DNA from: Octopus bimaculoides | Taxonomy: Eukaryota | Assembly: GCF_001194135.2 (NCBI RefSeq) | Contig: NW_026299678.1 | Coordinates: 1-36,562 of the forward strand | Reading direction: 5' to 3' | Length of the DNA stretch: 36,562 bases | The notes under the pieces: model-generated | What the model saw: only the letters and a program-made list of their open reading frames with translations | Database searches by the model: none | What the model was told of the DNA's origin: nothing | Part shown: piece by piece, positions 22,042 to 33,762 of the stretch | How positions within the stretch are numbered: position 1 is the first letter of the stretch | How the letters are laid out: the number at the start of each line of letters is the position of its first letter | Position numbers and translations under genes: made by a program

Positions 22042-22809
22042 TTAAACTTATTTGTTACCATATTTCTGTTGAGATGTTCTGTGTTTCTGTCAATTAATTT
22101 TAAGTATTACAAGGAATTTAGTAAAATAACTTCGTTATCATTCAGCTGGTGTTAGGAACATAAATTGTGACTAAGGGTTGGTGGAAGATTTTAATCTAAA
22201 ACTTATGTAAACAAGACATTTGTAATACAAAGCCAGAGCCAGTTTCAGCCAGGTTGGCATCAAAATGGTAAATTTGCAGATTTTGTTTCAATTGTTAGAA
22301 ATAGCAGCCAAATTTTGTGCAAATTGAAGGCTCATTTGACTGTCTTTAACCTTATTTGTTACCATATTTCTGTCGAGATGCTCTGTTTACTTCAATTAAT
22401 TTTAAATATAACAAAGAATTTAGTAAAATAACTTTGTTATCATTCAGCTGGTGTTAGGAACGTAAATTGTGATTAAGGTTTGGTGGAAGATTTTAATCTA
22501 AAACTTATGAAAACAAGACTTTTGTACTACAGAACCAGAGCCAGTTTCAGCCAGGTTGGCATCAAAATGGTAAATTTGCNNNNNNNNNNNNNNNNTGTAT
22601 TTATTTTGGGATGTTCTGTGTTTCTGTCAATTAATTTTAAGTATTACAAATAATTTAGTAAAATAACTTAATTATCATTAAGCTGGTGTTAGGAACATAA
22701 ATTGTGACTAAGGTTTGGTGGAAGATTTTAATTAAAAACTTATGGAAACAAGACATTTGTACTACAGAGCCAGAGGTGGTTTCAGCTGGGTTGGTAACGA
22801 AAGGGTTAA
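22042..22809. mobile_element. Three tandem copies (~304-bp period) of a piggyBac-like MITE
   Basis: Units at 22042, 22346 and ~22596 (after a gap). Termini resemble TTAACCCTTTCGTTACC...GGTAACGAAAGGGTTAA (intact at 22793-22809), i.e. TTAA target plus CCC-starting TIR. Confidence 0.65.
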
Positions 22810-22931
22810 TGAAGTCCCATGATGATGGCTGCACCATGAGGTGTAAAGTGATATCCATCCTGAGGCAAGGATGAAAGTAAGGCAGAAAAGTTGGGTTGAG
22901 CATGAGACAAGCATCAAATATATATCATTAT

Positions 22932-22971
<40 letters not shown>

Positions 22972-22974
22972 GCA

Positions 22975-23143
22975 TATAGGCATGGCTGTGTTGTCAGAAG
23001 CTTGCTTCCCAACCACATGGTTCCGGGTTCAGTCCCACTGCGTGGCACCTTGGGCAAGTGTATTCTACTATAGCCTTGGGTCAACCAAATCCTTGTGAGT
23101 GAATTTGGAAGATGGAAACTAGAAGAAGCCCATCATATATCTA

Positions 23144-23185
<42 letters not shown>

Positions 23186-23483
23186 TATACATATATATGT
23201 ATATATATATATATAAAGGTTATGGTGGGTAGGGGAGTCAACCAGACCCGAATGTTACAGGTAATACCAAGTAAATGCTGTATGCCGACTGGTTTTGCCC
23301 CAGATGTGGTTGCAGCATAAATGGGGAATTTAACATGGGTCGTGTATTAGCGTGTGTATATATAAAAAAGAATGAGATAAAGAGAACAATGGCATAAATA
23401 AATTTACATTTTATGACATTCTACATAAAATATAAATTTATTTATGCCATTGGTCTCTTTATCTCATTCTTTTTATATATATA

Positions 23484-23536
<53 letters not shown>

Positions 23537-23750
23537 TTGAGTGTCTGTGTTTGTCCCTCTGCCATCACTTGACAACCGAAGATGGTGTGCTTATGTCCCC
23601 ATAACTTAGCGGTTCGGCAAAAGAGACCGATAGAATAAGTACTAGGCTTACAAAGAATGACTCCTGGGGTCGATTTCTTCAACTAACCCCCTTTAAGGCA
23701 GTGCTCCAGCATGGCCGGTCAAATGGCTGAAACAAGTAAAAAGAATAAAA
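22975..23750 (+). mobile_element. Family-B SINE head (22975-23115) and tail (23535-23750) separated by TA repeats and other sequence
   Basis: ggcatggctgtgttgtcagaagcttgcttcccaaccacatggttccgggttcagtccc; gtctgtgtttgtccc...ataacttagcggttcggcaaaagagaccgatagaataagtac. Confidence 0.8.
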
Positions 23751-24049
23751 AAAAGTGTGCCATGGGGGCTGTCACACTCTTTCCTCTCTAGTACTCTCAC
23801 CTACCCCTCCTAACTTTTCTGCTCCTCCCCTCTTCTATCTTTCATATCTTGTACTTTGATGTTATATCTCTTTCTTTCTCTCTTTCCATATGAGAGTGCC
23901 ATGCATTCACCTCTTCAGCAAGACACTTGTTCCTGCCCCCCTACCATACTTTCATATACCTTAATACTATACTGCACTCAGCTGAGGTGTCTTGTCTTCA
24001 GGGTACTCGTCAACCTTACCAGTGCTGGTGCCATGAAAAGGTTTAAAAA

Positions 24050-24240
24050 AAAAACACACAAAGCACCCAGTACACATTATAAAATGGCTGGCATTAGGAA
24101 GGGCTCCCATCTGTAGAAAATACATCAAAGCAGACATTGGAGCCCAGCAGTCTCTCTGGTATAACAGATAACAGTTCATGTCGAACCGTCCAAGCGAACC
24201 CAGCATGGAAAAAAGAGACATTAAACGATAATAATGACAA
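24050..24240 (+). mobile_element. Family-D 3' end
   Basis: tggcattaggaagggctcccatctgtagaaaa...cccagcatggaaaaaagagacattaaacgataat. Confidence 0.65.
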
Positions 24241-24417
24241 CCAAAGCAATCGATTGTCTTTGTTACCGACACAACGAGTTGAACTCAGGACTTCAAAATA
24301 ACAAAACCGTTTGTGTCATACATAGTCCAGACTCAGAAACTGCTGGAAACAAGTTAGTTATTGCTATTTTGTGGTATCTATTTTACAGCTAGGTAGACTG
24401 GGCCACTATTGTGGGAG

Positions 24418-24658
24418 TTGTTTAGCCCCAGGTCAATCTTGATCTAATAAACTTGTGACCATCCCATCTTTTATTCAGGCATAGTGTATCTAGGACTACA
24501 TTATCTAATGTATAGTATACGAGTTAGTATTAGTGGCTATAGCTGTTGTTGTTTAATCCCAGGTCAGTCCTGATCCAGACAGACCAATGATCAAAGACGT
24601 TCCACCTGTGACCATCCCACCTTTTATTCAGGCATAGTGTATCTAGGACCACATTACC
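24418..24658 (+). repeat. Diverged tandem duplication of a ~90-110 bp unit
   Basis: ttgttta..cccaggtca.tc.tgatc...tgtgaccatccca...ttttattcaggcatagtgtatctaggac occurs twice. Confidence 0.75.
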
Positions 24659-24828
24659 TTAAGTCCAAACTTGTGAGTCGAGGTAGATTTGACTGCCATT
24701 TCTAATAATTTCACTGACATTTTGTTAGCTTTTCATTAAGGAATGCAGTCATGCAAAAGAAGGTGTAATTTGAGGATAATTTGGTTGCTATTTCTAATAG
24801 ATTGGACATGTAGATGCTCCTCCATTAC

Positions 24829-24861
24829 CTGCCGGGGTTAAAACAAGACAGTACATGGGGC
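24829..24861 (-). CDS. Weak candidate 33-nt cassette exon (phase 1-1)
   Basis: cctgcgtttatag|GCCCCATG...CCGGCAG|gtaatg; reads (G)PMYCLVLTPA. Frame-preserving between the 25808 and 19932 exons. Confidence 0.25.
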
Positions 24862-25424
24862 CTATAAACGCAGGGACCAGGTTTGGGGATTCAACACTGT
24901 GTGTGTGTGGGGGGGGTTATTGTTTGTGTTTGTACCCTACACAACCACTTGGCAACTGGTATTGGTTTGGTTACATCCCTCTAACTTAGCAGTTTGACAA
25001 AAAGAGAACGATAGAATAGATATTAAGCTTAAAATGCATCCTGGGGTCGGTTTGTTCAAGGTGGTACTGTAGCATGGCCACAGTCTAGTGACAAACACAC
25101 ATTCCTGTAATGGTTTGTCACTTTTCTGCGACCATACTGCAGCAGTTCCGAGGATTCAGCCAATCGTATTACCCTCCCCACCCCCCACCTGTCCCACAAT
25201 GTGCTACTTTATCGATCTTCATTCTTTATACTGCTAGGTTATGGAATACAAAGAGACACACAGGCAGGCTTCCTCACAGTTTCCCCCTCAACCACATTTC
25301 AACGTAATAAGGAATATTTGTTTGAGATGTCCTGGGTGACCTGCACAGGGATTGAAACAGGAGCCATGCAGTTGCCAAGTGAAATTTGTAATCACATTCT
25401 ACCATTCATATATGCACACATACA

Positions 25425-25810
25425 TGTATTTACACATACACACACATATCTATACATACATATTTATACACACACACATATCTATACACACATATTTACA
25501 CACATATCTATACATACATATTTATAAACACACACATATCTACACACAAACACACATATCTACACCTACATATTTATACACACACACACACAAATATATA
25601 TATACACATACATATTTATACACACACATATCTACACATATATACACACATTTATACATACACATATCTACACATGCACACACACACACCTGCATGTACA
25701 CACACACACACACAGAGGCAGGTCTTATTCGCACATAAACACACACACACACAGCCGCATTTCCACGCATGCATGCTCTGTTTACACACACACACACACA
25801 CACACACCAA
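25425..25810. repeat. Compound CA/TA microsatellite with catatctat/catatttat units
   Basis: Direct inspection. Confidence 0.9.
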
Positions 25811-25886
25811 TGCAGAGCAGACCAAGAAAGCAAATGACACCAATAGAGACCCAGCACAAAACCACAGGGAAATGTTGTTGCTGTTG
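25808..25886 (-). CDS. Candidate exon encoding a hydrophobic, transmembrane-like segment (79 nt, phase 0-1)
   Basis: Acceptor ttgcctcctctctctcatcaacag| (alternative cag 6 nt downstream), donor ATTG|gtgtgt. Reads QQQQHFPVVLCWVSIGVICFLGLLCI(G); phase joins the 19932 acceptor. Confidence 0.4.
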
Positions 25887-25939
25887 CTGTTGATGAGAGA
25901 GAGGAGGCAATGAGGTGATATGTATGAGAGAGAGGGGGA

Positions 25940-26860
25940 GAGAGTGTGTGTACTATTGAGAGAGAGAGAGAGAAAGAATGGGTACTATAGAAAGAGAGAG
26001 AGAGAGATAGAGAGAGATAGAATGGGTACTATTGAGAGAGAGAGAAAGATAGAATGGGTACTATTGAGAGGNNNNNNNNNNNNNNNNNNNNNNNNNNNNN
26101 NNNNNNNNNNNNNNNNNNNNNNNNNNNNNNNNNNNNNNNNNNNNNNNNNNNNNNNNNNNNNNNNNNNNNNNNNNNNNNNNNNNNNNNNNNNNNNNNNNNN
26201 NNNNNNNNNNNNNNNNNNNNNNNNNNNNNNNNNNNNNNNNNNNNNNNNNNNNNNNNNNNNNNNNNNNNNNNNNNNNNNNNNNNNNNNNNNNNNNNNNNNN
26301 NNNNNNNNNNNNNNNNNNNNNNNNNNNNNNNNNNNNNNNNNAGAGAGAGAGATAGAGAGAGATAGAATGGGTACTATTGAGAGAGAGAGAAAGATAGAAT
26401 GGGTACTATTGAGAGGGAGAGAGAAAGAGAGAGAGAGATAAAATGGGTACTATTGAGAGAGAGAGAGATAGAATGGGTACTATTGAGAGAGAGAGAGAGA
26501 GAAAGGGTACTATTGAGAGAGAGAGAGAGAAAGGGTACTATTGAGAGAGAGAGGGAAAAAGGATACTATTGAGAGAGAGAGAGAATGGGTACTATTGAGA
26601 GAGAGAGAGAGAGAGAATGGGTACTATTGAAAGTGAGTGTGTGTGTACTTNNNNNNNNNNNNNNNNNNNNNNNNNNNNNNNNNNNNNNNNNNNNNNNNNN
26701 NNNNNNNNNNNNNNNNNNNNNNNNNNNNNNNNNNNNNNNNNNNNNAGAGAGAGAATGGGTACTATTGAGAGAGAGAGAGAGAGAATGGGTACTATTGAGA
26801 GAGAGAGAGAGAGAATGGGTACTATTGAAAGTGAGTGTGTGTGTACTTTTGAGAGAGAGA
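25940..26860. repeat. Minisatellite of GAATGGGTACTATT + (GA)n units, with gaps
   Basis: More than 15 visible copies of gggtactattgagagag with variable GA spacer. Confidence 0.95.
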
Positions 26861-27145
26861 ATGAGTGAAAAAGACTGTGTTTATGTAGGTTAAAGAGTAT
26901 TGATTTATTATTGATCAATCACTGTTAATCAATGGTGATTATGTTCCCTTTACATCAACCTGATCAACTACAAAACACACACACACCAAAATATATTTAA
27001 TATTCACTATTTACTTTCACTTTCAACATAACTACAGCTTGCCAACACAATGCAGTACATTCATGTATGCGTATGTATATATACACACACACACACAGAG
27101 TCATACACACACAAACACAGTTATATACATGCGTACGTGTGTGTG

Positions 27146-27182
<37 letters not shown>

Positions 27183-27494
27183 ATGTATATATGTGTATGT
27201 GTGTGTGTGTGTGAGAGAGAGAGATAGAGAGAAAATGTAAGAAAGACTTACTAACACACACACAAACAGAGATATCTCCTTTGGTCTAGAAGTTCAGTGT
27301 TGATAAAAAATCTTGCTTGACGCTGGACTCTCATGATGTGAAAAACATTTCTCTGTGCTTTGCATTTAACATAAAAGGTTAACAAAGGAAAAACCGGTTC
27401 CTTGTCAGAGAACTTCACTTTATGGCAGAGGGTTTATGAAAAGCAACTCCGTACATAATGTGGAGCATACCTCTATATGTATGCGTGTGTGTGT

Positions 27495-27720
27495 GCATTT
27501 CACCCTCATTTAGTGTCCATTCCCATGCTGGTATGAGTTGGACAGCTGCACTGGACACCAACTATCTGCTTTGGCATGGTTTCTACGACTGGATGTCCTT
27601 CCTAAGGTCAACCACTTTACAAAGTGTACTGGGTGCTTTTTATGTGGCACCAGCCCCAATGAGGGGCATGGCGTCTATGGCTGGATGCCCCTCCTAATAC
27701 CAACCACTTTACAGAGTGTA
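27495..27720 (-). mobile_element. Family-D 3' end, degenerate
   Basis: gtgtccattcccatgctggtatgagttggacag...ggatgtccttcctaagg...aaccactttacaaagtgt (internal unit duplicated). Confidence 0.65.
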
Positions 27721-27844
27721 CAGGGTGCAAACCGGTAATTGTTTAGGGGGTAATCCCTTACTATTTACATATACATATATATACATATATATACATATAT
27801 ATATACACACACACACACACATCAGAGTTGCATCCTCATTACAG

Positions 27845-28200
27845 GAGAAAAGCCATTGCCAAGAAGACTTACTGAAAATGATTCACGATTGTTGCCATGT
27901 GATGCCCTTATGTAACTTTTAAATCCAGCCAAGCTTTTACACATTTTTTATTACATACTGGACAACTGTGCTGGCTGGCAGGAGAAACAGGTGCCACCAC
28001 ATGCACTCTCTTAGCATGTCTTTTTAGACCTCCAACTGAGAGGCAAACCCTTCCACATTTTACACACGTTCTGTCATGAATTCTAATAGCAACATCATTG
28101 TTTATCCCGGGTCGATTTCTGTGAGAATTTTTATGGCTCACCAGGCCTGCACGACTCAAACACGTCTGCCCACAAACCACACACATAAAAAAGCAACACT
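27845..28200 (-). mobile_element. Fragment with three C2H2-type zinc fingers (third frameshifted), resembling the C-terminus of RTE-like LINE ORF2
   Basis: CVVCGQTCLSRAGLVSHKNSH, CVKCGRVCLSVGGLKRHAKRVH and CPVCNKKC/KSLAGFKSYIRASH. The C..C...C.S..GL..H pattern without TGEKP linkers is typical of RTE-type LINE tails. Confidence 0.6.
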
Positions 28201-28552
28201 CTCTCACTTTCCACAGCTTCCCCCCTCCTAATTCTCTCCCTCCCTCTCAAACCATTTTCAAAATTAATTAAAAACAGAAGTGGCTGTGTGGTAATTGCTG
28301 ATCCTAGACGAGATGATTACTGCCAGTGCAACCAGGTTGCCTGATAAAAAACCGTGGTCATGGGGGTTAAAAATGTGAATAAACAATCATTACATTTGAG
28401 AAAGTAAGCTGAATACTAAGAGATTGCAAACTAGTTTCATAGAAGTTTTTTCCAAAGTTTGTGTTTTGTTTTTCTCGTGTTCTTGCATGGGTCTTCAATA
28501 CTGTTCTCTGAGATGACAGGTTTTAGTGGTTGGAAGCATGTTAAAGGATTAT

Positions 28553-29110
28553 TTTATTCTTATACTTGTTTCAGTCATTTGACTGTGGTCATGCTGGAGC
28601 ACTGCCTTGAATGGTTTTCTTTTTTTAGTCGAACAAATCAAACCCAGGACTTATTCTTTGTAAGCCCAGTACTTACTTTATCGGTCTCTTTTGCTGAACT
28701 GCTAAGTTACAGGAATGTAAACACACCAACACTGTTTGTCAAGTGGTGATTGGAGGACAAACACACTCACATATATGATGAGCTTCTTTCAGTTTCCTCC
28801 TACCAAATCCACTCACAAGACTTATTTTCTAAGTCAAGCTTGGTACTTATTCTATCAGCTCCTTCAGTCAAACAGCTAAGTTACAGGGATGTCAACAAAC
28901 CAACACCAGGAGTCAGGTGAAGATGGTGGGGTCAAGCATAAAAACACACTATTTATGGCGAGTTTCTTTCAGCTTCTGTCACACCAAGTCCATTTACAAG
29001 GCTTTGGTTGGCCCGAGGCTGTAGTAGAAGGCACTTGCCCAAGGTGCCATGCAGTGGGACTGAACCCAGAACCATGTGGTTGGGAAACAAGCTTCTTGCC
29101 ACATAGCCAT
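28553..29110 (-). mobile_element. Two overlapping/tandem family-B SINE pieces
   Basis: Two reverse-complement tails followed by a head (gcccaaggtgccatgcagtgggactgaacccagaaccatgtggttggg). Confidence 0.75.
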
Positions 29111-29409
29111 GTTGTACCTAAGCAAAATGTTAGAGAAAGGAACCCAGATATTTCCTGCAACAAAAGCATCTAAATCAAAACCCTTAAAGTATTACCACAG
29201 ATCCCCAATTTTCTATTCTGAGTGTGTGGAGCCCTGCCAAAATATTATGTGGACCCCCTTGGGTTTACATGGACCCTAGTTGAGAACCACGGCTCGATCA
29301 TATTTTAGCCCCTTGACACCTGGCATAAAACCATCTGCAACCCCTCAAGTACCCCTCCCCGACACTTATTAAAAAGGAGCAGTTTTCATTTCTCCTGTGT
29401 TTTTCTAGT

Positions 29410-29890
29410 CTTGTAAGTTACTTGGTGACCCCAGAAGTGCTAATTGCACAAGAAAGGCACCCAGTGCACTTTGTAAAGTGGTTGGCATTAGGAAGGGCAT
29501 CCAGCCATAAAACCCTGCCAAAGCAGACCTGACTGGGGCTGGGGCCACATAAAAAAACACCCAGCCCACTCTGTAAAGTGTGTTATTTCTTTACTGCCCA
29601 CAAGGGGCTACGCACAGAGGGGACAAACAAGGACAGACAAACGGATTAAGTCGATTATACCGACCCTAGTGCGTAACTGGTACCTATTTAATCGACCCCG
29701 AAAGGATGAAAGGCAGAGTCGACCTCGGCGGAATTTGAACTCAGGACGTAGCGGTAGACAAAATACCGCTAAGCATTTCGCCCGGCGAAGGGCATTCAGC
29801 CATATAAGAAACCATGTCAAAGGTGACATTCGGGCATGACAGCCCAGGGGCTTGTTGAATCCTGTCAAACCATGCAACCCATGCCAGCAT
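29410..29890 (+). mobile_element. Family-D pieces interrupted by a family-A SINE
   Basis: gtggttggcattaggaagggcatccagcc at ~29480 and gaagggcattcagcc...caacccatgccagcatgg at 29790-29890. Confidence 0.6.
29598..29788 (-). mobile_element. Family-A SINE with variant tail, head truncated
   Basis: Core gtcgattataccgacc...cgaccccgaaaggatgaaaggcagagtcgacctcggcggaatttgaactc; alternative tail cccacaaggggctacgcacagaggggacaaac. Confidence 0.8.
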
Positions 29891-29894
29891 GGGG

Positions 29895-30066
29895 GTGATC
29901 CCCTTCGGTCCTGAATGACCATGGCATTGCACCTAGAAAGTTTCCCTCCGAGGCACAAGTCTAGGCAAGGTTGTTTTATCGAAAACCAGCAGCTGTCCAT
30001 CCATACCAGCCTCTCCCTGCCGCTGATGTCTTCAAAGAAAAAGGCAAAGGGGCCGATGCAGCTTGG
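29895..30066 (-). mobile_element. Family-C SINE 3' part
   Basis: gaccatggcattgcacctagaaagtttccctccgaggcacaagtc...ggcaaaggggccgatgcagcttggc, homologous to 4195-4355. Confidence 0.7.
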
Positions 30067-30074
30067 CCTTGAGT

Positions 30075-30525
30075 CGACCAAAACCTTGTGAATGGATTTG
30101 GTTGATGGAAACTGGAAGAAGCTCATCGTGTATATATATATACATATATATATATGTGCCTATGTTAGTCCTCCCACCACTGCTTGGCAACCGGTGTTGA
30201 TGTGTTTATGTCCCCATAACTTAGTGGTTCAGCAAAAACAAGCAATAGAATAAATACAAGGCTTACAAGGAATAAGTCCCGGGGTCGATTTCTTCGACTA
30301 ACGCCCTTTAAGGCGGTACTCCAGCATGGCCGTAGTCAAATGACTGAAACAAGTATATATACACATACATATATATATATACTTTTATTGTTTTACTTGT
30401 TTCAGTCATTTGACTGCAGCCATGCTGGAGCACCACCTTTAGTTGAACAAATCGGCCCCAGGACTTTATTCTTTGTAAGCCTAGTACTTATTCTATCGGT
30501 CTCTTTTGCTGAACCACTAGGTTAC
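30075..30525. mobile_element. Tail-to-tail inverted family-B SINE pair
   Basis: Plus copy 30075-30355 and minus tail 30394-30525 (cut by a gap), separated by a short TA spacer. Confidence 0.8.
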
Positions 30526-31552
30526 NNNNNNNNNNNNNNNNNNNNNNNNNNNNNNNNNNNNNNNNNNNNNNNNNNNNNNNNNNNNNNNNNNNNNNNNNNN
30601 NNNNNNNNNNNNNNNNNNNNNNNNNNNNNNNNNNNNNNNNNNNNNNNNNNNNNNNNNNNNNNNNNNNNNNNNNNNNNNNNNNNNNNNNNNNNNNNNNNNN
30701 NNNNNNNNNNNNNNNNNNNNNNNNNNNNNNNNNNNNNNNNNNNNNNNNNNNNNNNNNNNNNNNNNNNNNNNNNNNNNNNNNNNNNNNNNNNNNNNNNNNN
30801 NNNNNNNNNNNNNNNNNNNNNNNNNNNNNNNNNNNNNNNNNNNNNNNNNATCATCATCATCATCATCATCATCGTTTAATGTCCATCCACACGCACACAG
30901 TGTACAAATACAGAGAAAAAAAGAAAACGATGATGAGCTCCCTGGGATTTGAATACTGTACCAATGTATTTCCAGTCAGCCCATGTTACTACTTATGCTA
31001 CAAGAGATCAGTGATTCAACTCCTCGTTACTTATCCACAAGAAACCTATTTTAATTGCACAATTTTAACTCTGCTATATCATCCCAACGTAACACATCAT
31101 TCCCTTAGCTCTAGCAGGCTAGGTTACTAAACAATTGTCCAACATAACAAGGCGTCCCAAACTGGTTCAACGTTTGTCACACAAAACAACTCCATGGTTC
31201 AAATGCTACGAATAAATCAATATAGATCACATTAAGACATGATAAACAACAATTTGAGACAGAACATGGAAGGGTAGGCTTGCCGAGGGTACTCGTACAA
31301 TTTATCCATCATTTACTGGACGACAACAGTACCAGTTACGTTACAGATAGCCTGTCGCTGCCTCACCCCATTTCTCTCTCTCTCTCTCTCAACTTAGATA
31401 CTATAAATTTCTTGTTTGTTAACTCTACCGTTTCCTCTCTACAAACATACATAGTCGGTCACTTAGCATTGGTGAGATAGGTGATGAATCTATGTGCAGA
31501 GAGAAAAATAGTTAAATAACAAACAAACATTTATAGTAAATACACAGAGGAA

Positions 31553-31591
<39 letters not shown>

Positions 31592-31859
31592 GGGGAGGGG
31601 AGAGTGTAAATATTGAATGTTGAGAAAGCACTAAGGAAAGCATTTCATTTATTTTCGTTTCGAACTATCCCGGGTCTTCTCTACCCGCATCAAACCTGGC
31701 AAATAGCAAAAGTAAACACGAATATCCATCTTTGTGTTACATACAAGGTTACACAGCAAACCACAGCAACAACAACAACAACAACAAAAAATACTAAAGT
31801 GTGTGTGTGTGTGTGTGTGTGAGAGAGCATACTAATGAGTGTCTGTATATATTGTGTAT

Positions 31860-32162
31860 GTAGGTGTGTGTGTAGAAAGATGTGTGTGTGAGTGTAGAAA
31901 GATGTGTGTGTGTGTGTAGAAAGATGTGTATGTGTGTGTGTAGAAAGATGTGTGTGTGTGTGTGTGTAGAAAGATGTGTATGTGTGTAGAAAGATGTGTG
32001 TGTGTGTGTGTAGAAAGATGTGTGTGTGTGTAGAAAGATATGTGTGTGTGTGTAGAAAGATGTGTGTGTGTAGAAAAATGTGTGTGTGTGTGTAGAAAGA
32101 TGTGTGTGTGTGTGTGAGTGTAGAAAGATGTGTGTGTGTGTGTGAGTGTAGAAAGATGTGTG
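31860..32162. repeat. Minisatellite of (TG)n + TAGAAAGA units, running into a gap
   Basis: Repeated tagaaagatgtgtgtg. Confidence 0.95.
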
Positions 32163-32708
32163 NNNNNNNNNNNNNNNNNNNNNNNNNNNNNNNNNNNNNN
32201 NNNNNNNNNNNNNNNNNNNNNNNNNNNNNNNNNNNNNNNNNNNNNNNNNNNNNNNNNNNNNNNNNNNNNNNNNNNNNNNNNNNNNNNNNNNNNNNNNNNN
32301 NNNNNNNNNNNNNNNNNNNNNNNNNNNNNNNNNNNNNNNNNNNNNNNNNNNNNNNNNNNNNNNNNNNNNNNNNNNNNNNNNNNNNNNNNNNNNNNNNNNN
32401 NNNNNNNNNNNNNNNNNNNNNNNNNNNNNNNNNNNNNNNNNNNNNNNNNNNNNNNNNNNNNNNNNNNNNNNNNNNNNNNNNNNNNNNNNNNNNNNNNNNN
32501 NNNNNNNNNNNNNNNNNNNNNNNNNNNNNNNNNNNNNNNNNNNNNNNNNNNNNNNNNNNNNNNNNNNNNNNNNNNNNNNNNNNNNNNNNNNNNNNNNNNN
32601 NNNNNNNNNNNNNNNNNNNNNNNNNNNNNNNNNNNNNNNNNNNNNNNNCTCAAGGGTGGCAGGGGGGAGGGGTACAGTCTACTTGATGTGAGGGGGGGGG
32701 CAGTGAAA

Positions 32709-32739
<31 letters not shown>

Positions 32740-33409
32740 GCAACAACAACAAAAACAACAACAACGCCGACAAGGTGAATAAAAACAAGAGCGATGAGAT
32801 GACAAGAACAACAGGTGAAAAAAAATGATTGGCCTCCAGCAATCAGTGAAGGTAATGAAGGGCTGGGTGGTGATGGTGGTGGTGGCAAAGTGTGGGTGTG
32901 TGCGTGTGTGTTTGTGTATATATATATATATTGTTTTTGTATTTGGTTTGCAAGATTCTTTATGTGAATTGGTGTGTTGAAGCATATTTTGTTGTGTCTG
33001 CGGAGAGCCATTCTGTTTTAATAATGCCTCGTTAATTAACACACTCACCGGTTCAATTTGCACTCGTTTACTTTTTTCTACATACATACATATATATTTA
33101 TGTATATATATCGTTGCTATTATGTTAAACTGTCGTATGTCCAAATTTGGCCAAATGCATTTTTTTTTTTGCAATATTTATTTTTGCTTGAAATAGCCAG
33201 TTCTTTTGCTCAAACTATTGTATCTCCAATTCCTTCAGATGCCAAGATATAAAAAACTGTCAACAGTTTTGCTATGGAATGCTGAAACCATTTTTTTATT
33301 TCCTGAAAACACGATTCGGACTTACGACACTTTTGCATAATAGCAACAATATACATATATATATTATGCATGCTAGCCACTGATATTATTGTTAATTATT
33401 AATAATATC

Positions 33410-33762
33410 CTTATATATTTGATCCCTGAAATTGTAGTTGTGATCCCTGTACCGGTGGTGGCACGTAAAAAGCACCATCCGAACGTGGCCGATGCCAGTG
33501 CCACCCTGACTGGCTTCTGTGCTGATGGCACATAAAAAGCACCATCCAATTGTGGTCGTTTCCAGCCTCTTCTGGCCCCTGTGCCAGTGGCATGTAAAAA
33601 ACACCCACTACACTCTCGGAGTGGTTGGCGTTAGGAAGGGCATCTAGCTGTAGAAACTCTGCCAAATCAGATTGGAGCCTGGTGTAGCCATCTGGTTTCA
33701 CCAGTTCGCAGTCAAATCGTCCAACCCATGCCAGCATGGAAAGCGGACGTTAAACGATGATA
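33410..33762 (+). mobile_element. Family-D retroposon with internal tandem units
   Basis: ggcacgtaaaaagcaccatcc repeats...ggcgttaggaagggcatctagctgtagaaac...ccagcatggaaagcggacgttaaacgatgat. Confidence 0.8.

Noticed and set aside
29197-29293. Possible hAT/Charlie-type terminus (gttgagaaccac)
   Set aside because: Only one degenerate end is visible, with no matching TIR or TSD.
31400-31705. Minus-strand acceptor-like sites (ctctgcacatag| and gctatttgccag|) with short frames such as DSSPISPMLSDRL
   Set aside because: Donor choice is ambiguous and they cannot be linked in phase without further assumptions.
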